The notes: generated by a model from the sequence alone, not told the origin. A DNA stretch of 64,000 nucleotides from a candidate division FCPU426 bacterium (GCA_963719085.1 CAVRAL010000001.1:864001-928000); one strand, 5' to 3'. Positions 38,734 to 49,891 are shown, counted from the stretch's first letter. A program made the numbers and translations.

Positions 38734-38742
38734 CGCAAGCAC

Positions 38743-38802
38743 GGACGAAGCCCCCACCCACATATAAAGACTCATAACGAATGTGGGGACGAAGCCCCCA
38801 CC
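38743..38802. repeat. 16-bp perfect direct repeat with 28-bp spacer
   Basis: ggacgaagcccccacc at 38743-38758 and 38787-38802; cccacat/atgtggg inverted pair between them. Confidence 0.85.
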
Positions 38803-38833
38803 ATCGATAAATTGAGTTTTAGGGCCGCCGGAA

Positions 38834-39901
38834 TCAAAAGGCCATCTTAATTTGGGCCGAAACCACGTCTTTAATATAGTACTGGCCCGGCTGGGTCGAT
38901 TCATTTTTCACCCGGCTCAAACCCAAACTTCCGGTCCATCCCGGCGCCCATTCCCAGGTGCCCTTCGCCGCCAACAGGTCTTCCCCATCGTCATTCGTGT
39001 ACCCCAGCTGCAGGTCGGGAACCGCCAGCGGCTGATAGTCATAATCCTTCTCATAGAGCCGGAAAAAAAGCTGGAGATAAAAATCTTTCATGGGGCTTAA
39101 GACACCGGCCCAGGAAACGCTCTCCACCGAATTGGAAAAAGCGTAACTATTGGAATTGGTCCTCGACGCGTAAAGATGGATATCTTGAAGGACTTTCAAA
39201 AAATAAAGATGAAACCCCAGGTCGGCGGAAAGGGTTTCGTCATTTTGAAGGAATGGAGCCGTGGTCACCGCGCCCGAATCCACGACCACCGCGTAGCGGT
39301 TGAATTGGCGGTTGTTCAGCTTCATCTCGAATTTGGCGCTGAAGGATTCCGACCAAATCCTTTGGGTCGAAAGCGATAGCCCGTCGTCCGTAAAATTCCT
39401 GGAAACGACGTAATCGGCGTCATTGTAATATTCCCGGGTGAGGATTTCGCCGCCCCCCTCCAAATTCCAATTGGGCGCCAAGCTGTAATCAGCGGCTACC
39501 AGGTTCGCCTCATCAAAATAATCAAACTCGTAATAGGCGCTGGAACGGAAAAAAGAATCATTGGTATACCGAAGCGAAAGCGGGCCCGCGTCGCCCACAA
39601 GGTTGAGATTCAAGTCATGGGTGAAATTATTCAGTTGGGAATAAAACTGATAAGTGTCCGCGTTTAAGGAATACTCGGCCTGGGCCCGGAAGGGTCCGCT
39701 TGCCGCCAGCGCGCTCACCCCCGCCGACAAGGAATCAATCTCATCCGTAAGCCGCCCCTGGTCCGAAACCAGGCGGAAAATATTGTTGTCATAGCGGGTT
39801 TCCAACCCGAGGGGCTGCAGACCCAACTGAACTTGACCCCAGGCACCGGCCGCCGCCCCGAAGGCGCATAAGCAAAAATAAAAGGCCACGATTTTCCTCA
39901 T
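38834..39901 (-). CDS. Outer-membrane beta-barrel protein
   Basis: Signal peptide, ETRYDNNIF motif, alternating beta-strands, C-terminal Phe. Confidence 0.8.
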   Translation of the reverse strand: MRKIVAFYFCLCAFGAAAGAWGQVQLGLQPLGLETRYDNNIFRLVSDQGRLTDEIDSLSAGVSALAASGPFRAQAEYSLNADTYQFYSQLNNFTHDLNLNLVGDAGPLSLRYTNDSFFRSSAYYEFDYFDEANLVAADYSLAPNWNLEGGGEILTREYYNDADYVVSRNFTDDGLSLSTQRIWSESFSAKFEMKLNNRQFNRYAVVVDSGAVTTAPFLQNDETLSADLGFHLYFLKVLQDIHLYASRTNSNSYAFSNSVESVSWAGVLSPMKDFYLQLFFRLYEKDYDYQPLAVPDLQLGYTNDDGEDLLAAKGTWEWAPGWTGSLGLSRVKNESTQPGQYYIKDVVSAQIKMAF

Positions 39902-40866
39902 TGGGACGCCCCCCCGCTCAATTTTTGAATTTGGGCCTGCACCGCCTGGATATATTGCCGAACTTGGGCCAGGTCGCTTTGGTCCTTAGCCTTTTGTTTT
40001 TGATCGGCCTCAATTTCCTTTTGAAAGTTGGAGTCCTGGGTCTGGCTTTGGAGGGTTTGCAGGTCGCCCTGGTTCAAGCTCTCTCGGGGAACCGAGGAAT
40101 CCTCGTTCATCTTCCGAACGTCCGAGAGAAAATCCCGCATTTTTGATTGGAGGTCGACTTCCTGTTCCAGTTCGGCCGCCTGCACGTCGGCTTTCTCAAT
40201 CTTTCCCTCAAGTTCCTTTTCCCGCTGCTGGAGGATGTCCAAGGTAGTGCTTAAGTTTCCGGCGGTCTGGTTGTCGGTCTTTTCCAGTAAGGACAGGGGG
40301 GGCATCTTCTCGTCAGCCGACGCTTCCGGAAAACGGTCGATCAAGGCTTGAAGCGCTTGGCGCTTCCGGGCGGTTTCGGTCAAGGCGCCGAGCTGGTCCG
40401 CGGATTGGTCCCCGATGGCCGCGTCCAATTGACGGCCGATTTCCTCGTCATAAAGGGAGAGCAAGGAAAGGCTTTTTTGCTCGAAATTTTCCAACGAATC
40501 GCGCCACTGTTGTTCCAGGCCGGATTCGGCCTCCAACTCGCCCCGCAGGTCATTCAATAATTTTTTTAATCGAAGCTGGTCGAAAAGGTTCAAATGGTTT
40601 TGATTGCGCAGCGCGGTGGTCTTTACTTCCAGCTTCTCAATTTCCCCGTGAAGCTCGCCGCGCCGGTCCTCATTTTTGACGAGGTCCTTGGCCTGGTCCG
40701 ACACGGCTTTTTCAAAGGTTTGGATGGATTGCTCCCATTCCCGGACTTGGGACGCCGGGATTTGCTCAAAGGAAGGCACGGGGGTTTGCGCCGCGGCGCT
40801 CCCCGCCGCGCCGGCGAACCCCATCCCCAGCCAAAGTAAAATAAGAAGCGGGCGGCTCATCCTCAT
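39898..40866 (-). CDS. Secreted/periplasmic coiled-coil protein
   Basis: Signal peptide; Q/E/L/K heptad-rich; overlaps both neighbours by 4 bp. Confidence 0.75.
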   Translation of the reverse strand: MRMSRPLLILLWLGMGFAGAAGSAAAQTPVPSFEQIPASQVREWEQSIQTFEKAVSDQAKDLVKNEDRRGELHGEIEKLEVKTTALRNQNHLNLFDQLRLKKLLNDLRGELEAESGLEQQWRDSLENFEQKSLSLLSLYDEEIGRQLDAAIGDQSADQLGALTETARKRQALQALIDRFPEASADEKMPPLSLLEKTDNQTAGNLSTTLDILQQREKELEGKIEKADVQAAELEQEVDLQSKMRDFLSDVRKMNEDSSVPRESLNQGDLQTLQSQTQDSNFQKEIEADQKQKAKDQSDLAQVRQYIQAVQAQIQKLSGGASQ

Positions 40867-42248
40867 TCAGCCTCGACTTCCGCGCCATCGGACAATAATC
40901 CGTATTTTTTCAATTTATAAATCAAGGCCGTCCGGTTCACGTCCAAAAGTTTGGCCGCCTTGGTCTGCACATGATTGGCCTTTTCCATGGCCTTCAAAAT
41001 AAGCTCCTTCTCGTAATTCTCCACTTTCTCCGTCAGGCTCGCGTCCTCCTTCAAAACATTCAAATACTCATCCTTTTGAAAGGTTTGGATATCCAAGGGA
41101 AGATTGGAGGGATAGATGGTCTCGGAGTCGGACAAGACGACCGCCCTTTGAATGGCGTTTTCCAGTTCCCGCACGTTCCCGGGCCAGGCGTAGCGCATCA
41201 TGAAATCCAGGGCTTTTTTGTCGATCTTCGTGATTTTTTTGTTGGCTTCCAGGCTATAGCGGGTCAGGAAATGATAGGCCAGCCTTTCAATATCGTCCCG
41301 GCGCTCCCGCAGGGGCGGCACAATGATCGGAACCACATTCAACCGGAAAAACAAATCCTCCCGGAACTGACCCTTTTTAATCGCCTCTTCCAAGTTTTTG
41401 TTGGTGGCCGCGATCACGCGCACGTCGGAACGGATGCTCTCGGTCCCCCCCACCCGCTCGAATTCCTTTTCCTGGAGCACCCGGAGCAATTTCACCTGGG
41501 TGACCAGGCTGATATCCCCGATCTCATCCAGAAAGATGGAACCGCCATGGGCCAACTCAAACCGGCCGATCCTTTTGCCCGCCGCGCCCGTGAAGGAGCC
41601 CTTTTCGTGCCCGAAAAGCTCGCTTTCCAAAACCCCCTCGGCCAAAACCGCGCAATTCACCTTAATAAAGGGCTTGTCCTTGCGCTTGCTGTTGAAATGG
41701 ATGGCGTGGGCCACCAGTTCCTTGCCCGTGCCCGATTCCCCCCGGATTAAAACCGCCGTGTCCGTGGGAGCCACTTTTTCAATCAGCTCATAAACGGGCT
41801 GCATGGCCGCGCTGTTGCCCACGATGCGCTTGTAGTTGTACTGGTCGTTCAACTTTTCCCGGAGGTATTTGTTCTCGTAAAAAAGTTTTTGGCGGTCGAT
41901 GGCTTTGTCCACGGTGATCTTGACCTGCTCGGTGGAAAAGGGCTTGGTGATGTAGTCGTAAGCCCCTAATTTCATCGCCTCGACGGCCGTCTCAATGGTT
42001 CCGTAGGCCGTCATGATGAGCACAATGATCTCCCCGTCGATTTCCTTGATCATTTTCAAAAGGGTCATGCCGTCGACCTTGGGCATCTTGATGTCCGTGA
42101 TGACCACGTCCACGTGCTTGGACTTGATGATCTCCATGGCCTTTTCGCCGTCCTCGGCCTCCAAGATCGAATGATTGACCCCATCCAGGGTTTGTTTCAA
42201 CACCTTGCGCATGCTGGACTTGTCGTCCACCAACAGGATTGTGCTCAT
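40863..42248 (-). CDS. Sigma54-dependent response regulator (NtrC family)
   Basis: REC (VDD, D.KMP), GESGTGKE, GSFTGA loop, FLDEIG, WPGNVREL, Fis HTH. Confidence 0.96.
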   Translation of the reverse strand: MSTILLVDDKSSMRKVLKQTLDGVNHSILEAEDGEKAMEIIKSKHVDVVITDIKMPKVDGMTLLKMIKEIDGEIIVLIMTAYGTIETAVEAMKLGAYDYITKPFSTEQVKITVDKAIDRQKLFYENKYLREKLNDQYNYKRIVGNSAAMQPVYELIEKVAPTDTAVLIRGESGTGKELVAHAIHFNSKRKDKPFIKVNCAVLAEGVLESELFGHEKGSFTGAAGKRIGRFELAHGGSIFLDEIGDISLVTQVKLLRVLQEKEFERVGGTESIRSDVRVIAATNKNLEEAIKKGQFREDLFFRLNVVPIIVPPLRERRDDIERLAYHFLTRYSLEANKKITKIDKKALDFMMRYAWPGNVRELENAIQRAVVLSDSETIYPSNLPLDIQTFQKDEYLNVLKEDASLTEKVENYEKELILKAMEKANHVQTKAAKLLDVNRTALIYKLKKYGLLSDGAEVEAE

Positions 42249-42391
42249 TTCGGCATCTCCTCGACAGTATTCGAAAAAGTCCGGTGAGGACTTTTTATTC
42301 ATAACGAACGAGCCGCCTAAAAATCATATTTCGCGGCCCGCTCTTTCATTAGTCTATCGGTTCGGCGTTTAAAAATTTTGATCGCCGAACC

Positions 42392-44248
42392 CTACTTTGG
42401 AACAACCGGCAAAAGAAGCGCGAACAAGGCCCCGCCATCCGGCGCTTGGGCCGCGCCCACATCGCCGCCGTGCGCTTCCAATATTTTTTTGGTGATGGAT
42501 AGCCCGAGGCCGAACCCCTCGGTTTTGGTGGTGAAAAAAGGAGTGAACATCTTTTTTAAATTCTCGGGTAAAAAGCCGGGGCCGTGGTCCCGCACTGAGA
42601 CACAAACCCAAGCGTTGACCGTTTCATTCAAAAGCAGGGGTGAAAACTCAAAACGCCTCAGCCAGGCCGTCAGTTCCCTGCGGGAATACCGGGTTTGGAT
42701 GATTTCGATGGCGGATTTCGTCGGAGCGGCCTGGATGGCGTTCAGGATGATGTTCAAGAGCGCCCGCCGAAACTGCTCGGAGTCCAGGTGCAGGAAGGCC
42801 TCTTGTTTGGCCTCAAAGGTCACCTTGATTTTTTTGGATTCGGCCTCTTTTTTCACCAGCGGCAACAAACCCTGGATCACCTCGGCGATATCGACCTCAT
42901 GGGCTTCCACCGCGGTGGGTTTGGCGAAAACCAGGAAATTGGTCACGATTTTATTTAAGATCTCGATCTCGGTGGCGATATCGGTGACCATCTCCTTGGC
43001 CGCGTCGTTGTCCTTCACCCTTTTCTGGAGAATCTCGGTGAAACCCTTCATCGCGGCCAGGGGGTTCCGGATTTCATGGGCGATCCCGGCGGCCAATTCC
43101 CCGATCGTGGCCATTTTTTCTGCCACCTTGATGCGGGTCTCCAGACGCCGCAATTGGGTCTCATCGGTGAAAATAATTTCCGTACCGATGATTTTCGAGT
43201 CCGCCCCCAAAACCGGTGTCCCGCGGACCTGGATAATTTTGAGCGGCTCCTCGGATAAGTAAACCTCGGTATCGGCCAAGCCTGCCTTTTGAAGCAGAGG
43301 CGCCTGGATCACCTCAAGAAAAGCCGGGAAAGCCTCGAGCGCCTTCTCGACCGGCCGTCCCAGGACGCCCGTTTGGGAAAAGCCCAAAATGGAGGCGGCC
43401 GCCTTGTTGAAGGTGGTGATTTTTCCCTTCAGGTCCACCACCATGATCCCGTTGGACATACTTTCGAGAATATACTCGTTGTGCGATTCCAGCCGTTTGG
43501 TCATCTCGTTGAAGGCGAAGGCCAGCGCCCCGATTTCGTTGTTGGAAGTGACTTCCACCCTTTGGCTGAAGTCCCCCTCCGACACCCGTTGGGAAGCCTG
43601 GGCCAGGTCCTCAATGGGGGCGATAAACCTTCGGCCAAAAGCGTAAAGCAAACCGCCCATCAAGGCCAAACAAACCAGCCCGAAGATGAACAAAATGCGG
43701 GCGAACTCATTGAGCCCGTCCATGAACTTGGCGCTGGCTTCCACGCCCACGATCGCCACCACGGCTCCCGACCCGTCCCGAACCGGGCTGTAGCCGATCT
43801 TGTAAATGCCTCCGTCATTCTCAGGGAAAAGAATGGAAGCGGTGGATTGACCCTGCTTGGCTTTAAGAAAAGGCTCCGGGTCCAAATCCTTCAACCAATT
43901 GGTCTCCCGGAATTGGTAATTGTTATCGGCGTCGACCAAGACCCGGCCGTCCCCATCCAAAACAAAAATATCCTTGGCTTGGCTTTGCTGTTGGATTTCC
44001 ACGAGGGTTTGCTGGAAGGTTTTGTAAAGTTTGACGCCCGGATTTAAAAAAGGAATCCATTCGCCTTTGAGTTGGCCGGCGGAAAGGCGGGCGATGGCCA
44101 CCAGCCGCTCCCCCATTTCCCCGTCAAAGGTTTCTTTGGAAATGTAGTAAGAGAAGCCGCCATAGACAAAGAGGATGATGATGCCCACGAACAAAGTCCG
44201 GCTGACGAGTTCGGCCAAAATACTTCCGCGGAATGTGAAACTGGCCAT
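42392..44248 (-). CDS. Sensor histidine kinase (periplasmic sensor, HAMP, PAS)
   Basis: Two TM segments, HAMP, PAS, AHEIRNPL H-box, N/G/F boxes. Confidence 0.95.
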   Translation of the reverse strand: MASFTFRGSILAELVSRTLFVGIIILFVYGGFSYYISKETFDGEMGERLVAIARLSAGQLKGEWIPFLNPGVKLYKTFQQTLVEIQQQSQAKDIFVLDGDGRVLVDADNNYQFRETNWLKDLDPEPFLKAKQGQSTASILFPENDGGIYKIGYSPVRDGSGAVVAIVGVEASAKFMDGLNEFARILFIFGLVCLALMGGLLYAFGRRFIAPIEDLAQASQRVSEGDFSQRVEVTSNNEIGALAFAFNEMTKRLESHNEYILESMSNGIMVVDLKGKITTFNKAAASILGFSQTGVLGRPVEKALEAFPAFLEVIQAPLLQKAGLADTEVYLSEEPLKIIQVRGTPVLGADSKIIGTEIIFTDETQLRRLETRIKVAEKMATIGELAAGIAHEIRNPLAAMKGFTEILQKRVKDNDAAKEMVTDIATEIEILNKIVTNFLVFAKPTAVEAHEVDIAEVIQGLLPLVKKEAESKKIKVTFEAKQEAFLHLDSEQFRRALLNIILNAIQAAPTKSAIEIIQTRYSRRELTAWLRRFEFSPLLLNETVNAWVCVSVRDHGPGFLPENLKKMFTPFFTTKTEGFGLGLSITKKILEAHGGDVGAAQAPDGGALFALLLPVVPK

Positions 44249-44408
44249 ACCGGCTCCCAACTGTTAGTTCTCCATCAGCCTCAAACAGCAATGTCATTAA
44301 ATTGACTAATTTGTTAGATAATAGCACTAATCGGAAAAATTAGAGGGATTTTTGACTTTAGGCGGATAACAAGGATTTGAAGGGATTTTACACAGGATTT
44401 CGGACAAT

Positions 44409-44440
44409 AAAAAAGAGACGGAAAAATGCCCGTCTCTTTT
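44409..44440. terminator. Rho-independent terminator
   Basis: aaaagagacgg...ccgtctctttt hairpin with flanking A/T tracts. Confidence 0.75.
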
Positions 44441-44509
44441 GAGAACTGCGCTGTTGAGTGACACTCAAACTTTACCGCCCGGTTGAAGACCGGATGGCGA
44501 ATCAAAATC

Positions 44510-45889
44510 TCAATGGTATTCCATTACAGTCACCTTGTTAACGCCGCCACTTGAATCCACGTAAGCGACATAGGGGTCCCCACCGGTGTCGAAAGCCAAT
44601 GAATTATAGGTAGTGCTATAGGCGGAGAAATGCCCGCTCCCAACCGTCACCCAACCCGTGGTTCCTGCCCCCGTATGCTCCATGACCATCGCTTCACTGG
44701 TCGGGTTCGACTCATCAGAAAAAGAAATATAAGCGTTATTGTTGGTGGGGCTAAAAGCCAGCGTTGAGTAAAAAGAATTGTGGGGAGTAAAGCCTGCGGT
44801 GCCCACCGCCGCCCAACTTGATCCACCCCACCCCATCACATTGTCCATCGCATTATTGCTGTTATCCATGTAAGCAACATAGGGGTTTCCGTCGTTAAAG
44901 ACCAGCGATGTGTAATTCGCGACATGGTTGTTCAAGGTGCCTCCGCCTCCGGCACCTCCAAACCCGCCCAGATAGGTCCAAGCGCCCGAGACATACTCCG
45001 CGATCGAAGCGCCTCCATAATAGCTATCCCCAAAGGCAACATAGGGATTATTGCTACTGTCAAAAGCCACCGATGGAAAAGTCCCGCCGCCGGTCGAGAA
45101 AGCACTGCCTCCCACCGTGACCCAATTCGTTCCGTTGTACGCCATCAAGTAGCTGTAAGTGGCACCCTCAAAAGCCACGTAAGGTTTTCCCGTGCTGTCC
45201 ACCGCGATTGAAGTATAAGAGGCCTGTCCGCCAAAGCCGGGGTTTCCAATCGTTACCCAAGCACTTCCCGTATATTCTTCAACGGTGAGATAAGCCGATT
45301 CCGTGCCATCCGCGTAAGCCACATAAAGATTGTTGTTATAAAAGGCCGCCGAGATGTAAGAAGCCGCGCCCGGCGTAAAATCCGCGCCATATACGGCCGA
45401 CCAAGTAGATCCGTTGTACTCCTCGACCATACCCTTATCATTGTTACTCTCATCCGCGTAAACCACGTAAGGATTGTTATTGTTAAAATGCAAGCTCGTG
45501 TAAAGCGCTTCCGATCCAAATTCCGCGGTTCCCACGACCTGCCATGAGGCCCCACCGGTGGTCGGGGTACTTGTGACTGTCGGCGTGGATGTCACCGTCA
45601 AAGTGGCCGTGGCCGTCTGAGTCACCGTTGGGGTGACCGTAAAGGTACGCGTCGAACTTGTCGTGGGCGTCAAGGTGGCCGTCGTTGTTTTGGTCGCGGT
45701 TGGCGTGAGGGTAACCGTAGGTGTCTTGGTAACCGTAAAAGTCGCCGAAGGCAACCCGACCGTCGTCGTACCGGTCGGAGACGAAGAACCAGGTGTGGTG
45801 GGGGTCGATGAGCCGGAGCAACCAACATAAAAAAAGCCAGAAGCCAGAGTTCCCATGAATAAAACGACAAAAGATAAACGCTTGCGCAT
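44510..45889 (-). CDS. Lipoprotein with Thr/Pro-rich stalk and repeat (beta-propeller-like) domain
   Basis: Lipobox YVGC; T/P stalk; about 7 repeats W..VG...F...A.Y.SLAF....PYVAY.D. Confidence 0.8.
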   Translation of the reverse strand: MRKRLSFVVLFMGTLASGFFYVGCSGSSTPTTPGSSSPTGTTTVGLPSATFTVTKTPTVTLTPTATKTTTATLTPTTSSTRTFTVTPTVTQTATATLTVTSTPTVTSTPTTGGASWQVVGTAEFGSEALYTSLHFNNNNPYVVYADESNNDKGMVEEYNGSTWSAVYGADFTPGAASYISAAFYNNNLYVAYADGTESAYLTVEEYTGSAWVTIGNPGFGGQASYTSIAVDSTGKPYVAFEGATYSYLMAYNGTNWVTVGGSAFSTGGGTFPSVAFDSSNNPYVAFGDSYYGGASIAEYVSGAWTYLGGFGGAGGGGTLNNHVANYTSLVFNDGNPYVAYMDNSNNAMDNVMGWGGSSWAAVGTAGFTPHNSFYSTLAFSPTNNNAYISFSDESNPTSEAMVMEHTGAGTTGWVTVGSGHFSAYSTTYNSLAFDTGGDPYVAYVDSSGGVNKVTVMEYH

Positions 45890-46035
45890 AGTCCCGCCTC
45901 TGAAATTTTAATGATGGAAAACTAGGCCTGACTCTAACGAGTCCTGAATCGGTTGTATAGATGAAGTGCCCGTGATAAAGGTAAAACGACGACCATGAAT
46001 TAGGATTTTTAGGAGACGATAAAGATTTTGAAAAA

Positions 46036-47856
46036 TTAACCCAACGAATGGAAATGTTGATAGAGCTTGGCGGCCAGTTCCTTCGAAAAACTCGGGACGG
46101 CCTGAAGTTCTTCCAGCGAGGCTGTTTTGACCTTGTCCACGGACTCGAAAGTATTCAAAAGCGCCCTCAATCGGGATGGACCAATCCCCTTCACTCCGCG
46201 TAACAGGGATGTTACCGCGTTTCGGTCACGGATGATCCGATGGTAGCCCACGGCGAAACGATGGGACTCGTCCCGGACCCGCTGTAATAAATAGCGCGCC
46301 TTCAAATGACCGCGAAAGTCCACCGGATGGGATTCCTCGGGCAAAAAAACCTCTTCTTCCCGTTTGGCCAAGGACGCCAATCCGTAATCGCCGCCCAGGC
46401 CTTCGTCCAGAACCTGTTTCACGGCGCTCAGTTGGCCCTTGCCCCCGTCAATGAGAAACAGATCCGGCAAGGGATTGCCTTCCCGCTCAACCAGGGCCAA
46501 ATAACGGCGCATCATTTCCTGGTGGGATTTGAAATCATCCTGGCCCACCACGTCCCTGATTTTGAATTTTCGATAGCGGTTCTTTTCCGGGATGCCATCC
46601 TTGAAAAAAACCGCCGAACCCACGTTGAAGGTTCCTTGAAGATTGGAAATGTCGAAACAAGCGATATTGCGCGGAAGTGCCTTCAGGCGTAAAAGTTTTT
46701 TCAATTCTTCCAATACATCGGTCTGGCGCAGGTCTTCCTTGAGGGAGGCCAGGGCGTTCCGTTCGGCGATCTCCATCAAGTCGCTCCGCCAGCCGGAATC
46801 GGCGTTTTTCACCGTGACTTTTTTCACCTTCAAAGCCGACACCCAGATTTGGATATCGGGATCGATGGGAAAGTCGCGGGCCACCAAAATCTCATCCGGC
46901 ACGAAAACACCCGGGACATAAAATTGGCGCAGGAAAAACGGCAATACTTCGGCCAAAGACTGTTCCAGCTCGTTCTCCAACACCAGTTTGACGTGGTCAA
47001 TCACTTTTCCCTGCCGCACCTGAAGCACGGACGCCAAAACTTTCCCCAGACCGGCGGTTAGGGCGATCACATCCAGGTCCAGCTTTTCCGCCGTGATGAC
47101 CGCGTAGCCGTTTTGCATCTGCTCAATGGATGAAAGCAGGTCCCGGCACTTGGCCGCTTCCTCGTATTCCAGCCGCTCGGAGGCCTTCAACATCTCCGCC
47201 TTCAGGTAATTCATCAGCGATTCGTGCTTCCCTTCCAGAAACCACTTCACCCGGTCCACGATGGTCGCGTAGCCGGTTTTATCGATGGCGCCGATGCAGG
47301 GGGCCGGACATTGTTTGATTTGGTAACTCAGGCAGGCCCTTTCGGCCTTGCCGTCGATCTCAATGTCGCAATCCCGGATATTGAAATAGCGGTAAATGAT
47401 TTTGAGGATTTCGCGCAGTTTCAGGTTGGGAAAAGGGCCATAGTAGCGCGAACCATCCGCCATGGGCCGCCGGGAGATCAAAACCCGGGGGAAATCCTCC
47501 CGCGTGGTCAGCTTGATATAGGGATAGCTTTTGTCGTCGCGCAAAACCACGTTGTACCGGGGCCGATAGCGCTTGATCAAATTGCTCTCAAGTAAAAAGG
47601 CCTGGGACTCGTCGGTCGTCACCACGAATTCCAGGTGATGGACCTGCGTCACCAGGGACCTGATTTTGGGGCTGTCTTGGGCGTTCTTATTGAAATAAGA
47701 AGCCACGCGCTTTTTGATGGAAACCGCCTTGCCCACGTAAAGCACGGTGTCGAAAGCGTTTTTGAAAAGATAAATGCCGGGCGCGTCCGGAAATTTCGAA
47801 ACCTGTTCCCGAAGCTCCTCGATCTTTTTTTCGGGTTCGGACTGGAGGGTGGACAT
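46036..47856 (-). CDS. uvrC: Excinuclease ABC subunit C
   Basis: GIY..YVGKA, LRDDKSYPY, FDISN, IDGGKGQL, RDESHRFA, HhH. Confidence 0.97.
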   Translation of the reverse strand: MSTLQSEPEKKIEELREQVSKFPDAPGIYLFKNAFDTVLYVGKAVSIKKRVASYFNKNAQDSPKIRSLVTQVHHLEFVVTTDESQAFLLESNLIKRYRPRYNVVLRDDKSYPYIKLTTREDFPRVLISRRPMADGSRYYGPFPNLKLREILKIIYRYFNIRDCDIEIDGKAERACLSYQIKQCPAPCIGAIDKTGYATIVDRVKWFLEGKHESLMNYLKAEMLKASERLEYEEAAKCRDLLSSIEQMQNGYAVITAEKLDLDVIALTAGLGKVLASVLQVRQGKVIDHVKLVLENELEQSLAEVLPFFLRQFYVPGVFVPDEILVARDFPIDPDIQIWVSALKVKKVTVKNADSGWRSDLMEIAERNALASLKEDLRQTDVLEELKKLLRLKALPRNIACFDISNLQGTFNVGSAVFFKDGIPEKNRYRKFKIRDVVGQDDFKSHQEMMRRYLALVEREGNPLPDLFLIDGGKGQLSAVKQVLDEGLGGDYGLASLAKREEEVFLPEESHPVDFRGHLKARYLLQRVRDESHRFAVGYHRIIRDRNAVTSLLRGVKGIGPSRLRALLNTFESVDKVKTASLEELQAVPSFSKELAAKLYQHFHSLG

Positions 47857-47867
47857 GTCGGTGGGGC

Positions 47868-49856
47868 TTAAGCTTCGGTTTTTAAACGGTCGCGCAAAAT
47901 CCGGATCTGGTCCCGGAGCTCGGCGGCCTTCTCATACTCGTATTTTTGGGCGAAGCTCACCATGGATTTTTCCAGTTCCACGATTTTACGCGGAATGGCC
48001 GCGGGCTCCAGGTAGGCCTGCCCTTCCTCGGCGGCGATGGGCACCGTGTAGTAATCGGCCTCGTAGACCGTGGTCAACAGCTCCCGGATTTGTTTCTTGA
48101 TGGTGACGGGCGTGATGCCGTTTTCCTTATTGTAGGCCGTTTGAATCTTCCGGCGGCGCTTAGTCTCCGCCAAGGTCTTGCGCATGGAATCGGTTTCTTT
48201 ATCCGCGTAAAACAGAACCTTGCCTTCCACATTGCGGGCCGCGCGGCCGGCGGTCTGCATGAGCGAGACTTCGGAGCGAAGGAAACCTTCCTTGTCCGCG
48301 TCCAGGATGGCCACCAAACTCACCTCGGGCAGGTCCAGGCCCTCCCGGAGCAAATTAACGCCGATCAAAACATCGTAAACCCCCAACCGCAAATCCCGGA
48401 TAATCCGGATCCGGTCCAAGGTCTCCACGTCCGAATGTAGGTAAGCCACTTTCACGTTGAGCTGTTTCAGATAGCTGGTCAGGTCCTCGGCCATTTTTTT
48501 AGTCAGCGTAGTGACCAAAACCCTCTGGCCTTTGCCCGCGCGGTCCCTGATTTCCCCGATCAAGTCATCCACCTGGGTTTTCGCGGGACGAACCTCAATC
48601 TCAGGATCCATCAGCCCGGTCGGACGGATAATCTGCTCCACCACCTTGTCCCCGCTTTTTTTAATCTCATCCGGCGCCGGCGTGGCCGAGACATAGATCA
48701 CCTGGCCCACCTTCGCGTTGAACTCATCAAACTTTAAGGGTCGGTTGTCGTAGGCGCACTTGAGCCGGAATCCGAAGTCCACCAGGTTTTTTTTGCGCGC
48801 GAAATCGCCGTTGAACATGGCCCGCAATTGGGGCTGAGTCACATGGGACTCGTCAATGAAGGTCAGGAAATCCTTCGGGAAATAATCGAGCAGAGTAAAA
48901 GGCGGATCACCCGGGCTTCGGTTCTCGAAATGGCGGCTGTAATTCTCAATCCCCTGGCAATAGCCCATCTCCTCAATCATTTCCAGGTCAAAGGTGGTGC
49001 GCTGTTCCAAACGCTGGGCTTCCACCAACTTGTTGTCATTTTTAAGCTCCACCAGCCGGAGCCGCAACTCTTCCCGGATATTATCCAGCGCCGATTTTTT
49101 GACTTCCTCGGGCATAACGTAATGCTTGGCCGGATAAATGGGCAGCACCTTCCGGCGGTTGAGGCTTTTACCCGTCACGGGGTCCATCTCGGATATTTTC
49201 TCGATCTCGTCCCCAAAAAACTCGATCCGGAAAGGATTTTCCTCATAAGCCGGATAGACCTCGATCACGTCGCCCTTCACCCGGAAACGGCCCCGGCTGA
49301 AGTCGATATCGTTGCGGGCGTATTGAATGGCCACCAGTTCCCGCAGAAAGGATTCCCGGTGGATTTCCGAGCCTTCGCGCAAAACGATATGCATCTTTTT
49401 ATAGTTTTCCGGCGAGCCTAAACCATAGATGCAGGAAACCGAGGCCACAATGATCACGTCCCGCCGCTCCTGAAGCAGCGCGGTAGCTTCCAGCCGCAGC
49501 CGGTCCAGTTCCATATTGATGGAAGCGTCTTTCTCGATGAAGGTGTCCGTGTGGGGGATATAGGCTTCAGGCTGGTAATAATCGTAATAACTGACGAAGT
49601 AGGCCACGGCGTTGTTGGGGAAAAATTCCTTGAACTCGCTATACAGCTGGGCCGCCAGGGTCTTGTTGTGCGAAATGATCAGCGCCGGCCTTTGGACCTT
49701 TTGGATCACATGGGCCATGCTGAAGGTTTTGCCCGATCCGGTCACGCCCAGGAGGGTCTGGTGCCGGGCGTCGGACTCGAGGTTTTTCACCATTTGGGCG
49801 ATGGCCCGGGGCTGGTCGCCGGTAGGCTTGAAGTCGGAAACAATTTCGAATTTCAT
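47868..49856 (-). CDS. uvrB: Excinuclease ABC subunit B
   Basis: [33 protein letters not shown]. Confidence 0.98.
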   Translation of the reverse strand: MKFEIVSDFKPTGDQPRAIAQMVKNLESDARHQTLLGVTGSGKTFSMAHVIQKVQRPALIISHNKTLAAQLYSEFKEFFPNNAVAYFVSYYDYYQPEAYIPHTDTFIEKDASINMELDRLRLEATALLQERRDVIIVASVSCIYGLGSPENYKKMHIVLREGSEIHRESFLRELVAIQYARNDIDFSRGRFRVKGDVIEVYPAYEENPFRIEFFGDEIEKISEMDPVTGKSLNRRKVLPIYPAKHYVMPEEVKKSALDNIREELRLRLVELKNDNKLVEAQRLEQRTTFDLEMIEEMGYCQGIENYSRHFENRSPGDPPFTLLDYFPKDFLTFIDESHVTQPQLRAMFNGDFARKKNLVDFGFRLKCAYDNRPLKFDEFNAKVGQVIYVSATPAPDEIKKSGDKVVEQIIRPTGLMDPEIEVRPAKTQVDDLIGEIRDRAGKGQRVLVTTLTKKMAEDLTSYLKQLNVKVAYLHSDVETLDRIRIIRDLRLGVYDVLIGVNLLREGLDLPEVSLVAILDADKEGFLRSEVSLMQTAGRAARNVEGKVLFYADKETDSMRKTLAETKRRRKIQTAYNKENGITPVTIKKQIRELLTTVYEADYYTVPIAAEEGQAYLEPAAIPRKIVELEKSMVSFAQKYEYEKAAELRDQIRILRDRLKTEA

Positions 49857-49862
49857 GGAGCC

Positions 49863-49891
49863 ATTGTGGGACAGGCGAAAGCTTTATTCAA
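49863..49891 (-). promoter_or_regulatory. Putative promoter 6 nt upstream of the uvrB ATG
   Basis: TTGAAT-17nt-CACAAT on the minus strand. Confidence 0.5.

Noticed and set aside
38743..38802. Mini CRISPR array
   Set aside because: Only two 16-bp repeats, too short, and no cas genes in the window.
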